NCBI RefSeq assembly: GCF_009914755.1
Contig: NC_060943.1
DNA length: 64,000 bases
Direction: 5' to 3' (one strand)
Origin: the human T2T-CHM13v2.0 reference genome, Homo sapiens
This document shows, piece by piece, positions 31,518 through 48,664 of this stretch. The notes below the pieces were generated by a model. It worked only from the letters and a program-made list of their open reading frames with translations. It ran no database searches and had not been told where the DNA came from. Every line of letters starts with the position of its first letter. Positions within the stretch are counted from its first letter, which is position 1. The translations under genes and the position numbers were made by a program.

Positions 31518-32438
31518 TAAGCTGTTCCCTTGTTCCTGCTCAAGCTACTTTACAAAAATAAATTGTCCTGCCACACCTAATGCAGCACCTTTCTATTTTT
31601 AAATGGGATGCTGCCCAATTCGTGAATTGATAGTAAAAGCCAATTAGATCATTAAAATCAATTTAATAAAGTTTTTTATTGACACTGCTTTCCCATTACT
31701 ACAGGAGAGCTGAGTGAGAGACCATATGGCCCCCAAAGTCTACCTAGCCTTACAGAAAAGGCTTGCTGGCTCCTGGTCTAGAATATCAACCTTCCGAAAG
31801 AAAAGCTGCCAAAGCCAACCAGTTGGCACTATGGGTGTAAAATACTCACACCCATTTATCCTAAGTTTACATGAAATTCAAGATACCCAAGCTAATTGCA
31901 TTCTCAAAAAAAGGTATCAAAGAAGGTAAACTGTAAAAAAAACCTGATACTACAGATTCAAATGTAACTGCTTTCCATGTTTCAAAAGATTCTGGAGCAC
32001 ACTCTAATCTGGACAGATTCTATAGATAGGGACTGAGACTCCCAAAGGAGTTGGGATTTTAATAAGCAAATTCTCTCCTTCATTCATAGCAATAAACACA
32101 AAAATGTTCAAAGATCATCTGTATTGTATTTGTTAAGAATATGTTAAATAAAAGAAAATATACACAATCCATTAATGTGAAATAACTTGAAACAAAAATT
32201 CAGTTAAAGAATTGGTTTTACAAGGATAAAGATCACCAAGTTAAAATGCATTAATTCCAAGATCATTTTACCAAAAGTATCACTGAGCAAGATGATTCCC
32301 CATCTCCCAAAATGATAATTAAAGGAGAATGTGGATGTCCATGTATGCTTAGATATTTATAGGAATGGGGGAAAGACATGGTGGACACACAGATCAGAGG
32401 CATGGTAGGAAAAGCCCAGCATTGAAAGACACAGGCCT

Positions 32439-32760
32439 TGGCCGGGCTCAGTGACTCATACCTGTAATCCCAGCATTTGGGGAGGCCGAGACAGGCAGAT
32501 CACCTGGGTCAGGAGTTTGAGACTAACCTGGCCAACATGGTGAAATCCCATCTCTTCTTAAAATACAAAAATTAGCTGGGCGTGGTGGCGTGAGCCTGCA
32601 ATCCCAGCTACTCAGGAGGCTGAGGCAGGAGAATTGCTTGAACTGTAGAGACTGTAGTGAGCTGAGATCACACTACTGCACTCCAGCCTGGGCAACAGAT
32701 AGAGACTCCACCTCAAAAAAAAAAAAAAAAAAAGGAAAGAAAGAAAGAAAGAAAAAGAAA
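32439..32760 (+). mobile_element. AluS
   Basis: TSD gaaagacacag(g)cctt. Confidence 0.95.
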
Positions 32761-33817
32761 GACACAGCCTTAATCATAACTCTGCTGGGAATGAGTCGTG
32801 TGTCCAAACACAAGACACTTAGCCACCCTGGGACTCCCCTGCTTCAATGAAGGAATCCTGCTAGATTATCTCTAGGGGCTTTTTCCATTTTGAGATTCAT
32901 AAAAATTAACAGAACGTAAGAGTCTGTTTTTGAGCAAGGGAAAATTGATTAATTTAATGAATGTAAACAAATAGAATCCTTTCTCAGCTTTCTGATATCT
33001 TGTGTTTACAGTATTTAAATAGACTTTGTATACTTGAAAGAATATGATTACTTCATGTAAGACCTAATACTATCTAGGCTTCTAAGAACCTTAATGTGTT
33101 GGACGTCTCAGATCAGAAAGAAAACTGTAGAGAACAAGCAAGGAATAAACACAGAAATCCCCTGAGAAGAGTAACGCGGTTAAGAAACAGCCTGTGGCCT
33201 TGAGCAGCTGTGTGATCACCCACTAACGGTGCTCACTTTAAGAGTGTGGCACAGAAATGAGGGGACCGCACACATCAACACCCCCTTCCAGCGCTCATCA
33301 ACAGCAGTAATGAAGGCCGCCCTCCAGGGAGAATTAGAATGAGATTTGGGAAATGGCATCAGACACATAAGAAAAGAACAGGAAACATGTTCAAGAACAG
33401 CTCAATGTTGCCAAAAGAGCAAAGATCATAAAATGGGGGTGGGGAGTGGAGAGGGAAGACTGTTTCCTGACTTTCTCCTGACAGAGGAAAACATTCTGGG
33501 GGCACAGATCCTGGGGAGTAACAGGAACAAAAACACCCGGGGCTGGTGAGTGTGCGAGGAAGGCGATGGACCCCATGGGTGTTCAGCCAGAAAGCTGGGA
33601 GTATGTTCCTACGTGGCCACAAAGCAGGGCCGGGAATCAGACCCTTCCAGGGGCCGTCGGAGAGAGCGATCAGGCTCGGAGATGTGGATAGGCAGCCGAA
33701 CGCATAGGAGCGGGTGCGGGAGATCACCCAGAGAGAAGGTGAAGGGTGGGGCCTGGCTGCCTTGAGGGAGGAGAGGCTGCCAAAGATCACCGGGAGAACA
33801 AACGCCAGGCCTGGGAG

Positions 33818-34082
33818 TGACATAGGAGGCAGGACTGGACTCAGGAGACGGGGCTCAGACATCTAACCAAATGGAAGACTAGCTAAAACAGGGCTGTGTG
33901 CAGAAGCACCTTTCCGTAAGACACACCCACCAGCGCACCATGTCGGTTTATCATTGTCAGGGCAACACTCGGGAGTTACTGCCCCTGTCCATGGCAACAG
34001 CCCACTGACTCAGAAGTTACCACCCTATTTCTAGGAATTTCTGCATAATCCACCCCTCAATTTGCATATAATTAAAAGTACA
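33818..34082 (+). mobile_element. ERV1 LTR 5' part (MER41-group-like), truncated at an Alu
   Basis: gactagctaaaacaggg...ccatggcaac...gaagttaccaccct...atttgcat. Confidence 0.7.
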
Positions 34083-34086
34083 TGTA

Positions 34087-34389
<303 letters not shown>

Positions 34390-34578
34390 TTAAATGGAAT
34401 AAATAGGAAATAGAATACCACAGAACACAATAGAAGATGTAAGAGAACATCCAAATAATAAGTATTGCTTCCAGAAACATGAAAGATAAGTGTGTGTGAC
34501 CTGGAATGCAATAGGAAAAGAGGGTCTCAATTTCACTAGGAAATTGAATGATGAAGTGCATCAAAAAGTGGGGAAGTC

Positions 34579-35344
<766 letters not shown>

Positions 35345-36356
35345 TCAGTCCCTACTCTCTTTCTCTTCCTCTCTCACTCCCTCTCCCTTACATCTGCTCC
35401 ATCACGAAGGCTTGGCCACGAGGCTGCAAGTTAGGAAGATACAATTCAGAATACAAAGTAGAAAGTCAAACATTAGCCCCTTCTAGTTCCAAGGAATTTG
35501 AGGGTGAGGGTATGGGAAGGAAAGGAGGGGACTGAAAGATGAGGAGAAAGCAGGGCAGTCAATGGCCTGGAGGATGCAATCAAGGAATGATACTGGGAGG
35601 GGCAACTTCACCAGAAGGGCGTGAGGATGCATGCAGGATGCAACGTCCGAATAAGTCAGCAGGTGCCAGTGATGACCGAGCTAAGGTGCATTGGCTGAAG
35701 TAGGTATGGGACAGGTCCATTGGCTAATGTAAATAAGGGACAAGGTCAATGGAACTTCAAGGTCAAGGTGCTAGACAGATTGTACATGTGGGTCCCAAAG
35801 TCCTCCAAGGTGGTTGCAAGGCTAGATGTGCAGAGAGATCATGAACCAAGTCCTGGGTGAACAAGGCTCTCAGTGGTCATCTCCCTGATAACAAAATTGC
35901 TGCCCTCTGCTGATACAGAACGGGGGCAGGCCTCCAGGAGTGCAGAGGCAGGCTGAGGGTCTGGGGCTCTAACTGGCCCTTAGACAGCCTTTCACATAAT
36001 TTTCCTATTTTTAGACCCACCTTCAACTTCAGTCTGCCTATTCCTAAGTCTTTTGGGGATTTTGTCAAATAAATTGGGATGCTTTATGGCTTTTCTCCCA
36101 GCAGCTTGGAATACAGCTTTCTTGTGTCTGCCAAGTCAGCTACCTCTCACTCAAGTGCTTTCTAGCTTCCAAAATGTTGTCACTATTTTTCTTCTTTCTT
36201 GTCCTTTTTGTTCTAATGGATTTTTCTTTTTAAAAGATCCTTTTACTCTTGCTTTGGTTGGGTTTCAGGAAGGACCAAAAGTAAACACATGTTGAATCTA
36301 CCATCTTTACCCCTGAGCTACTTTTATGACTGTAAAAAACAATAGTGCTGTATTCA

Positions 36357-36656
36357 GGCTGGGCACGAGGCTCACGCCTATAATCCCAAGCACTTTGGGA
36401 AGCCAAAATGGGCAGATTGCTTGCAACCAGGAGTTTGAGCTTGAGCAACAGGGTGAAACATTATCTCCACAAAATACCAAAAAATTAGCCGGACATGATA
36501 GCATGCTCCTGTAGTCCTAGGTACTTAGGGGGCTAAGAGGATCACTTGAGCTCGGAGAGGTTGAGGCTGCAGTGAGCTGTGATTGTGCCATTGTACTCCA
36601 GCCTGGGCAACAGAGCAAGACCCTGTCTCACACACATACACACACACACACACACA
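36357..36656 (+). mobile_element. AluJ with (CA)n tail
   Basis: Alu consensus. Confidence 0.92.
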
Positions 36657-37655
36657 ACCAATAATACTATATTCATTTTCACCCACAAAAATATGTGCTC
36701 CCTTTGATGTGTGAACAAGGTACCCCAGCCTCCTGCCTCAGGGCAGCCTGATGGAGTTGGCTAAGAGGTGTTCAGTCACACAGGCACTTTCCCCTGAGCC
36801 AAGCACATCCTCCCAGCCAGACCGCCACCACCCATGGGACTGTGTCTCTCAATGACAGTTACCACCCCACTGGGAAGAAACTCACCAAACTGTTCTATGA
36901 GCCTTGGGGCAGGGTGGAATCCTCATCCATGTAAATCAAAAGTTTTAAAACATCCCTTCACTGTAATGTACACATATGGAACCCAGATACATGATTTAAG
37001 AAAATCGTTTCGTAAGAAAATATAATTTCTTCATGATTAAATACAATGCCATCTAGTTACTCCTTCCTAAAGCTTTGATTGCAAAGAGTAGTTTCAGATG
37101 TTTCACCATTATATTCAGAAACCAGGAGTGAATTAAGACAGGCAATCACAGAATTGAAGGGCTTCAGAGGTAGAAAGAGCCTTAGCTACATGGTCAAACA
37201 GCCAGCTCTAACCAGGAAAACATGCCACCCAAGGCTTTATAGAAATATGTGTGTTGGGGCCATGCCCAGATCTTGGGGACCGACACACCAAGGACAGGGC
37301 CCAGGCATGTACACATTTATGAAACTGCCTAGATGGCTCTGCCAGGTACCAGGCACCCCCAAGAAACCACGCCTCCTCTGTCCTCATAATATCCCTCCAT
37401 GTACAGGGGCAGAACACTGGCTCTGAGAATTTGTGCAATGCACCAGGTAGGCCTGGCAGAAGAGACACTGAAAGCCAGGCTGACACATGTTCTGGGTATT
37501 TTTACAACCTGCTTTATTCTTTCATTTGTTTATTTATTCTTTCAACAGCAATGTGTCAGGATCTTCTATGTCCTAATGATAGCAATATTTATTGAGTGCT
37601 TACAGTCTGCCTGGCACAGTTACCACTTTACAGGGGTTATCTCATTTAATCCTCA

Positions 37656-38198
37656 TATTACCAGAAAGGGGTCCCAATCCAGACCTCAAGAGAGGGTTCT
37701 CAGATCTTGCCTAAGAAAGAATTCAGGGCGAGTCCATAGAGTAAAGTGAAAGCAAGTTTATTAAGAAAGTAAAGGAATAAAGAATAGCTACTCTAGAGAC
37801 AGAGCAGCCCCGAGGGCTTCTGGTTGCCCATTTTTATGGTTATTTCTTGATTATATGCTAAATAAAGGGTGGATTATTCATGCCTTCCCTTTTTAGACCA
37901 TATAGGGTAACTTCCTGACGTTGCCATGGCATTTCTAAACTGACATGGCGCTGGAGGTAGTGCAGCAGTGAAGACGACCAGACGTCACTCTCATCACCAT
38001 CTTGGTTTTGGCTGGCTTCTTTACTGTAACCTGTTTTATCAGCAAGGTCTTTAAGACCTGTATTTTGTGCCAACCTCCTATCTCATCCTGTGACTTAGAA
38101 TGCCTTAACTGTCTGGGAATGCACCCTGGTAGGTCTCAGCCTCATTTTACTCAGCCGCTATTCAAGATGGAGTTGCTCTGGTTCAAATGCCCCTGACA
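37656..38198 (-). mobile_element. MER41A solo LTR
   Basis: MER41 consensus; attattcatgccttcccttttt lacks the tandem GAS segment of MER41B; 4-bp TSD ctca/ctcg. Confidence 0.88.
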
Positions 38199-38291
38199 CT
38201 CGCAACAGTATTATGAGGTAGGTACTTTTAATATCCCCACTTTACAGTTGAAGAAGAAAGCACAGAGATGTTAGGCAGTATGCTAAGGATG

Positions 38292-38959
38292 TGTAACCAC
38301 CCAGCGGGTTCATCTTGCCTGCTGCCCAGATAGAGCTGATTTATCAAACAGGGGAATTGCTATAGAGAAACAATTTAATTCATGCAGCGCTGGCTGAATG
38401 GGAGTCCCGAGTTTTATTATTACTCAAACCAGCCTACCTGAAAATTCAGAGGGTAGGGTTTTTCAACTTTGGCAGGCAAGGGAAAGGGCACTGCTGATTG
38501 GCTGGGGATGTAATTAGAGGGGTGTGGAAAATGTGTACTGAGTCTGCTTCTGGGTGGGGCCACAGGACTGGTTGGCTGGTCCAGGTCAGAAGGGCAAAAA
38601 TCTCAAAAAGCCAGTCTTAGGTTCTACAACAGGGATGTTATCTGCAGGAGTAATTGGGAAAGTTGCTATCTTGTGACCTCTGGAATAATGGCTGGTCATC
38701 GTTTATGCCTACACCTCAGCTGATCTCGGATTCCTCTCATCCTCCTAACCTGGTGGGCTTTACAGAGGTAGTTTAGTTTTGGGGAAGGGCTATTGCTATT
38801 AAACTATAAACTAAATTTCTCCCAAAGTTCGCTTGACCCAAGCCCAGGAATTGCCTAAGGGCAGTTTGGAGGCTGAAGGCAAGATAGGGGTTGGTTAGAT
38901 CAGATCTCTTTCACTGTCATAATTTTCTCACTGTTATCATTTTTGCAAAGGCAGTTTCA
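38292..38959 (-). mobile_element. LTR8/LTR8A solo LTR
   Basis: tgtaaccacccagcgggttcatcttgcc...ttttgcaaaggcagtttca. Confidence 0.88.
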
Positions 38960-39040
38960 AACACACAGCTAGTAAATGGTGGTGCTCAAAGACAGCTCCA
39001 GAACCTGGGCTCCCTCCTAACTGCTAGGATCAACTGCCTC

Positions 39041-39108
39041 TCAGGTGCTCTGTTTCCAGGTATCACATTTGTTATCAGGTGCTCTGTTTCCAGGTATCAC
39101 ATTTGTTA
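39041..39108. repeat. Perfect 34-bp tandem duplication
   Basis: tcaggtgctctgtttccaggtatcacatttgtta x2. Confidence 0.97.
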
Positions 39109-39739
39109 AGAGGCGTAGAGAGAAGGAGAGATGGGTGAGCAGTATTACAACCCAACCTTCAGTAGGGCAGAGGTGGTCACCCAGGAGCCATCAGAAGATA
39201 GAGGGGTGTTCTTGCCCCAGAGGTTGGGCCAGTGAGCTGAGTCTTGAATGACAGGAAGTAGGAGGGGATGAGGGTGAGGGAGGAGTCCGGGCAGCAGAAA
39301 TCACAGAAGAATACCATTGGGAATACCACAGTAGTGTAACAGATCCAAATTTCAGTGCCTACACTCAGGTAGCAAGACGTACCATTTCCTCTTTTCTTTG
39401 AGACCTTAATGTCTATTAGGATCCCCCATTCCTTTGGGTGTCAGAAATAGTTTAATTCAGAGGCAGGGTCCACCTTTGCCCTCAAACCATGTCTTCAACT
39501 GGGGGCTCCATGGAGCCATGGTACAAATCTATCCTTACTCATCATCTAGCCACAATGTTCCTACTGAGGCTGCCCACACGGGGTCCTTGACCAAGAGGTC
39601 TGTGGTTTTTCCCGTCAGAATACCTTCTTGCCTTAGTGAACTCTAGCCCTCCTGTCCTTCTCTAGCAAGAGTCCTCACTCTCTCTTCCTTCACTGATACG
39701 CTTCTCCAAAGATTCTCATCACCAGGTCTCCATGTCTTC

Positions 39740-40203
39740 ACCTCTCAGCCTTCATTCACTACTCAATACATGGTCAGAAGGATTCTGTTCCCACAACCCA
39801 TCCACATTGTTCCGCTAAGATCACCTATGGGCACCATGTTGCTAAATCCAGCAGTAGCTCTTCTCTTCGTCTTGGCTGACTTCTCACTCTCATTCCATGA
39901 TAGCACAGTCTCCTGCATTCCCTGCTACTACTTTAACCACACCTGAGCATAACCTTGATTTTTCTCGTATTGTCTTGATTTTACCTCCAGCCTCCCCCAG
40001 GACCAAATGTTTAATCCATCAACACGTTCTATCAATTCTATTGTCAACAAATATAGGTCAAGTCCATGGACTTCTCTTCGGTGCCATTGTTAATACCCTG
40101 ACATAAGCTCCTCTTCTCTCTCACCTGGATTCATGAAACAGCCTCTTTACTTGGTCTCTCTGCTTCTACGAAATGCAGTCCCCACAAAGCAGTCACAGTG
40201 ATC

Positions 40204-40205
<2 letters not shown>
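39740..40205 (-). mobile_element. L2 fragments followed by (CA)n at 40206-40243
   Basis: atgttgctaaatcca; tctctcacctggatt...acagcctctttacttggtctc. Confidence 0.65.
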
Positions 40206-40244
<39 letters not shown>

Positions 40245-40252
40245 CTGATTAT

Positions 40253-40572
<320 letters not shown>

Positions 40573-40786
40573 GAGTCAGTATAATGTTTCATCACACTTG
40601 AATACTTTACTGTACGGTTCCTAAAAAAAAGCTTATTCTCATATAAAACCACAGGACAAATATCAAAGACAGAAAATTAACACTGATATATTATTCCCAT
40701 TAAATCCTTAGACCTCATTCAAGCTTTGTCCAATAATATCCCTTGTAACAAATAACTTCAGAATTACCTGTTGTACCAGGTTGTCA

Positions 40787-41416
<630 letters not shown>

Positions 41417-41502
41417 GATTACAGGCAAGTTAAACTGTAGGCTGTCCATCAATTTGGGTTTGGCTTTTTAGATTCAGGTAATGCATCCTTGGCATACAGT
41501 TA

Positions 41503-41576
41503 TTTCATTGCATCTTATTAAGTAATACATAATTTCAGTTTTCATTGCATCTTATTAAGTAATACATAATTTCGGT
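41503..41576. repeat. 37-bp tandem duplication within an old L1 fragment
   Basis: tttcattgcatcttattaagtaatacataatttc(a/g)gt x2. Confidence 0.93.
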
Positions 41577-41941
41577 TTGCCCGTTTGTTGATGATGTTCA
41601 GTTTGGTCACTTGATTAAGGGATGGGGTGGGGGGAGGTCTTCTGGACTTCTGTACTGTAAAGAGACTTTTTCTCTTTATAATTATTGAGTATTTTCATAA
41701 TTCATTCATTCATTTGTGAATGAATGAATAATTCATAAGTGAATAAATTCATTCATTCATTCACTTATTCATTTAACCAACGTGATCCATGGATTTCTAT
41801 CTTTTTCAGTCCATTATTCTCATTAATCTGATGCTTCAATTGTCCCAGTTTGGGCCGATGGAAACCATTTCAAGATGGCTTCTGTGTCTTTTTATTTGTC
41901 TCCATCCTTCTTGGATCCCACACTTACCTTCTGGAATATGA

Positions 41942-42291
<350 letters not shown>

Positions 42292-42477
42292 CCCCAGCCA
42301 TCCTTCTGCCACTCATATTTTGACACACCATGCCAGGTAGCACTTCCACCCCCATATTCACTCTGTCCAGGATCTAACACCCCCACCCCGCATACCAGGC
42401 CACCCACCATGGTAGAACTCCAACACCCCATGCCAGGCAGCGCTCCTAGGTGGATGCCTGCCTCACCTTGCTTGAAT

Positions 42478-42773
<296 letters not shown>

Positions 42774-43234
42774 TCTTGCTTGAATTCTGATACCCGCTGC
42801 ATGGATGCTCTCACCTGGGAGATGTCTGATGCCTCACATAGGGCTGCCCTCTTATGCGGAGCACTTCTTTACCCCACTCATGATCAGACACCCCACACTG
42901 GGCTGTCATCCTACACAAATGCTTTCCACACTCCAATGCTCCGATGCTCCAAGCTGGGCCGGCCTTCAGCAGGGAGGCCTTCTTATCCGACTCAGGTTCC
43001 AATGCTCTGCATCAGCCACCAAACCTCACCCTGGCTATCTCTGACAGCCCAGGCTAGGCCATCCCCACCCCTCCCATGTGGATACCCTCCTCACCTGCTT
43101 CAGGATGGTAGGGCTTCCCTGCTGCTCTGTATGGATGTCCACCTTGCTTGGTCCCACCTAATGACTTTTAAAAGGATTTGTTCAGGAAGAGAAAGAAACG
43201 GAAGAAGTGGGAAAGAGAAAGAAATAAGCAAGGC

Positions 43235-43965
<731 letters not shown>

Positions 43966-44917
43966 GGAAAAGCCCATTCTCTTGTAAACCCATTCTAATC
44001 AGACTTTTGTCCCATCCTTCCACAGAAACTGCTCCCAACAAGTTAACCATGACCTCCACAATGGTTGATTCTCACAGCTCACTCAACAGAGCTCTTCCTC
44101 CTTCTGGGTATGCCTGGTTCACTTGGGTTTGAGGATACACATTCTCCTGGTTTCCTTCCTGCCTCGTGGAAATGCCAAAGTAGAGAAGCCACCTGCCCGT
44201 GAACCTAAGACACTAAAATCCTGAAGTGTGTGGACTGCATTCCTGAATTAAAGGCTACCAAAAATGTCACTGTCATGACATACCCACCCCAGATATATAC
44301 AAAGCAGTTAGACGGGAACAAAATTAAGGGGATAATTATTCATTACAAAACTACTACCTTCACCAGAGGCCAAGGTTAAAATAATAATCTAAACACTAAT
44401 CTTGTTCTTAGTTTTAATTAATTTTCTTTAAGATGCTCATCACCATTGAGAAACCTGCACAAATGAATGCTAATTCATTTCACTGAAGTGAAAGAGAAAG
44501 GGGCTTTTTTGTTTTAAATGCTTTTCTGATTTTTTTTTAAATTAACACTGCTAACCTATTTCATGTTTAAAATCTTCTCTGCCGAGGCTCAAGTTAGGTT
44601 TCCCAATGGAAGAAGAATACAGCTCCTGGGAATTAGGGCAAAATGGCTTGTTAAATGAATGAAGACAGAGGCTGAAATACAAATATTTTGTGAAGTGTTC
44701 ATATTTTATCAGCCAAAATGAGCTATAGCAAATCATCACATGTCTAAAAAATGTAGAGAATACTGGGAGCTGCTCGTTTTACATCGAGTCGACCTTCTGT
44801 TGCTTTAATGACCTGATCTGAAATAACCTGGCAGGCTCAGCATCACCCCCAAGGTCCGTGTCAGCAAAGGGACCCACTGTGTCCATCACTGACATGACGC
44901 ACGCGCCTGGCTGCCAC

Positions 44918-44936
44918 TCACCAGCAGGGGGCACTG
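44918..44936 (+). promoter_or_regulatory. CTCF motif in a CpG-retaining unique segment
   Basis: tcaCCAGCAGGGGGCACtg matches the CCASYAGRKGGCRS core. Confidence 0.65.
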
Positions 44937-45199
44937 CGCCGGGGCCTTTCTGTAGGCAAAACCACTCAAAAGCTAAGGATTGAGAAACATGTATTCCGGG
45001 AGACAGAAAAATGTGCGTCAGTGTCACCATCTCAGACAAACTCATTGCCACACCATCGACAGGACATCTTCATGTGTGTCTTCATAACAATATCCACTGT
45101 AGGGTGTTCTGAGGCCCAGAGCCTATCCCAGAATTACAAATAAAATAGTAGTGAAGCCAAAAATACCAAGTCTATCTGAAACCCTTTCAGTGAGCATGA

Positions 45200-45543
<344 letters not shown>

Positions 45544-45716
45544 TAAATTATGTATTTTGTGATATATGAGAGACAAAATAAGAGTTTTAATTGCATTTAA
45601 TATTTAAAAGACTGTAATGGCTGACCCATAAAACAGGATTTTATCCATGATTTCCTCTCTAGTGAATCATTCCTATCAGCACAAATTTTTCCCATGTTAA
45701 AAAAAAAATAAGTTTT

Positions 45717-46031
<315 letters not shown>

Positions 46032-46634
46032 GTTTTGGCCTTTCTTTCCCTTCTCATTACTGCCCCCATTTCTCTCTTTCCCTTTATAGGGAAGTTGTGT
46101 GGTAAACACACTCTACGATGAGTATTCACATCCTTGAATAAACTCCTCCCCTTGAAGGAGGACATAGTTTGCTTGAGTGTGAGCAAAGCTGTGACTTGCT
46201 TCTAACCAACTGTATACAGCAAAATCAATAGGATGTCACTCCCAAGATTACATACTATTAAGACTCCATCTTGCTATCAAACTCACTCTAACACTCTCTC
46301 TCAAGATAGTTCTGAAGAAATAAGCAGCCAGGATAGGAGGCCAATCTATCAAGAAGCTAAAGACAACCTCTAAGAGCTGAAAGCCACCAAGAAGCCAGGA
46401 CTCTAAGTCCCACAACCACAAGGAAATGAGTTCTATCACCAACCTGAGTGAGCTTGAAAGCACCTTCTTCCCCAGTTGAGCCTCCAGATTAGAACACAGT
46501 CAAGCTAATCCCTTGATGGCAGCCCTGTGAGACCCTAAGAAGAGGACCCAGTTAATCTGTGCCCAGACTCTTGTGAGATAATAAATGCATGTTTTCTTTT
46601 AAGTCACTAAGTTTGTGGTAATTTTTTATGCAGC

Positions 46635-47230
46635 TGTGTTCAAGGATTTCCCAACACCACTCTCAGCTTCAATGATCACTAGAAGGACTCGCAGAATTCA
46701 GCAGAGCCGTTACACTCACAGTTACAGTTTATCACAGTGAGCAGATACAGATTAAAATCATCAATGAAAAAAGATGCATAGGGAAGAATCAGGAGAGACC
46801 AGGCATCAGTTTCCAGTTGTTCTCTCACCATGGAGTCATGTAGACAGCACTTAATTCTCCCAGCAATGATGAATGACAGCTCCCACAGAGTATTACCAAA
46901 CAGGGAAACTCACTGAAGCCTTTCTGTCCAGGGCTTTTATTGAAGGTTGGTTACCTAGGCATGGCTGACTGCCTGCATGGCTGACTCGAGTCTCCAGCAC
47001 CTCCAGAGATTGAGATCATACTGGGTAGTACAAGGCCCCCCGCCATCAATCACATTGTTAACATGAACTATCTTACATGGCCCAAGGCCTCAGATAAACA
47101 AAGACATTGTTAACAGACAGGAGATTCCAGGAGATTAGAGGTTGTCTCCCAGTAGCCAGGAAAGGACGAAACCTTTCTTTGGAATGTGGAAGAATCAGAC
47201 TACCTAAACCTGCTGAATCCTTTATAGCAC
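46635..47230 (-). mobile_element. MER21-family LTR nested in the MLT1 LTR
   Basis: ctagaaggactcgcagaa...cagttacagtttat...atacagattaaaatca. Confidence 0.8.
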
Positions 47231-47462
47231 AGCAGAAATAGATAACTAATAAAGATTCTGGTACCTAGAAGTAGGGTGCTGCTGTAGAAGTGGCTTTGGA
47301 ATAAGGTAATGGGTGGAGGCTGGAAGAATTGTGATGAGCATCATAGAAAAAGTATAAATTGCTTTAAACAAGCCATTAATAGAAATCTGGACTTGGAGAA
47401 TGGTACCGGTGATGGCTCAGAAGGAAGTGAGGACCATGTTATTAGAAAATGAAGGAAGGAAA

Positions 47463-47961
<499 letters not shown>

Positions 47962-47965
<4 letters not shown>

Positions 47966-48045
47966 AAGAAAAAGACAGAAGAAAGAAAAAGAAAGAAAGA
48001 AGGAGAAAGAAAAGAAAAAGAGAGAAAGAAAGAAAAAGAAAGAAA

Positions 48046-48106
<61 letters not shown>

Positions 48107-48212
48107 GGAAGAGAGGGAGAGAGGGAAGGAGGGAGGAAGGAAGGAAGAAAGAAAAAGGAAAGGAAGGGAAGGAAAGAAGGAAGGAAGAGAGAGAGAGAAG
48201 AAGGAAGGAACA
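47962..48212 (+). repeat. Polypurine (GAAA/GGAA)n Alu tail
   Basis: Direct reading. Confidence 0.95.
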
Positions 48213-48664
48213 GGGACAGTAAATAAGGTAGAAATCAGGAGACATTCATGGGACTGGGGCCAATCAGACATCAACATGGTGGATTAGCATCCAAGATGGA
48301 GTAATGTTTGTCTCCACAGGAAGAGACGTGAATCACTGGGGATTAGACTGTGGTGGACAGACTGTAAGATCATCCTTTATAATCCTCAAATTCTAGTATT
48401 AATGCACTTTTAGAATCCCCTTCCCTTGAGTATGGGCAGGATCCGTAACTCGCCTTAACCAATAGAACAGGACAAAGGTGATGTGACATCATTCCCAGTA
48501 GCATGTTACATTATGCTATGGTACCATGTTACGTTAAATAAGATCCATCTTGCTAGCAGACTCACCCTTGGAACTCTCTCCCTTGCTAGCCATGAGGACT
48601 ATGTTAGAGAATCGTTAAGTTTCAAGAAACTGCAGGTGTCTTCTACTGGCTGAGGATGCCTCAC

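Larger units (their letters stand above)
37580..39030 (-). mobile_element. MIR split into three pieces by two LTRs
   Basis: atttattgagtgcttac...tctcatttaatcctca | caacagtattatgaggtaggtact...cacagagatgttag | acacagctagtaaatgg. Confidence 0.8.

Noticed and set aside
33359-33862. 167-aa minus-strand ORF
   Set aside because: Begins inside an LTR, has no recognisable homology, and is explained by GC-richness
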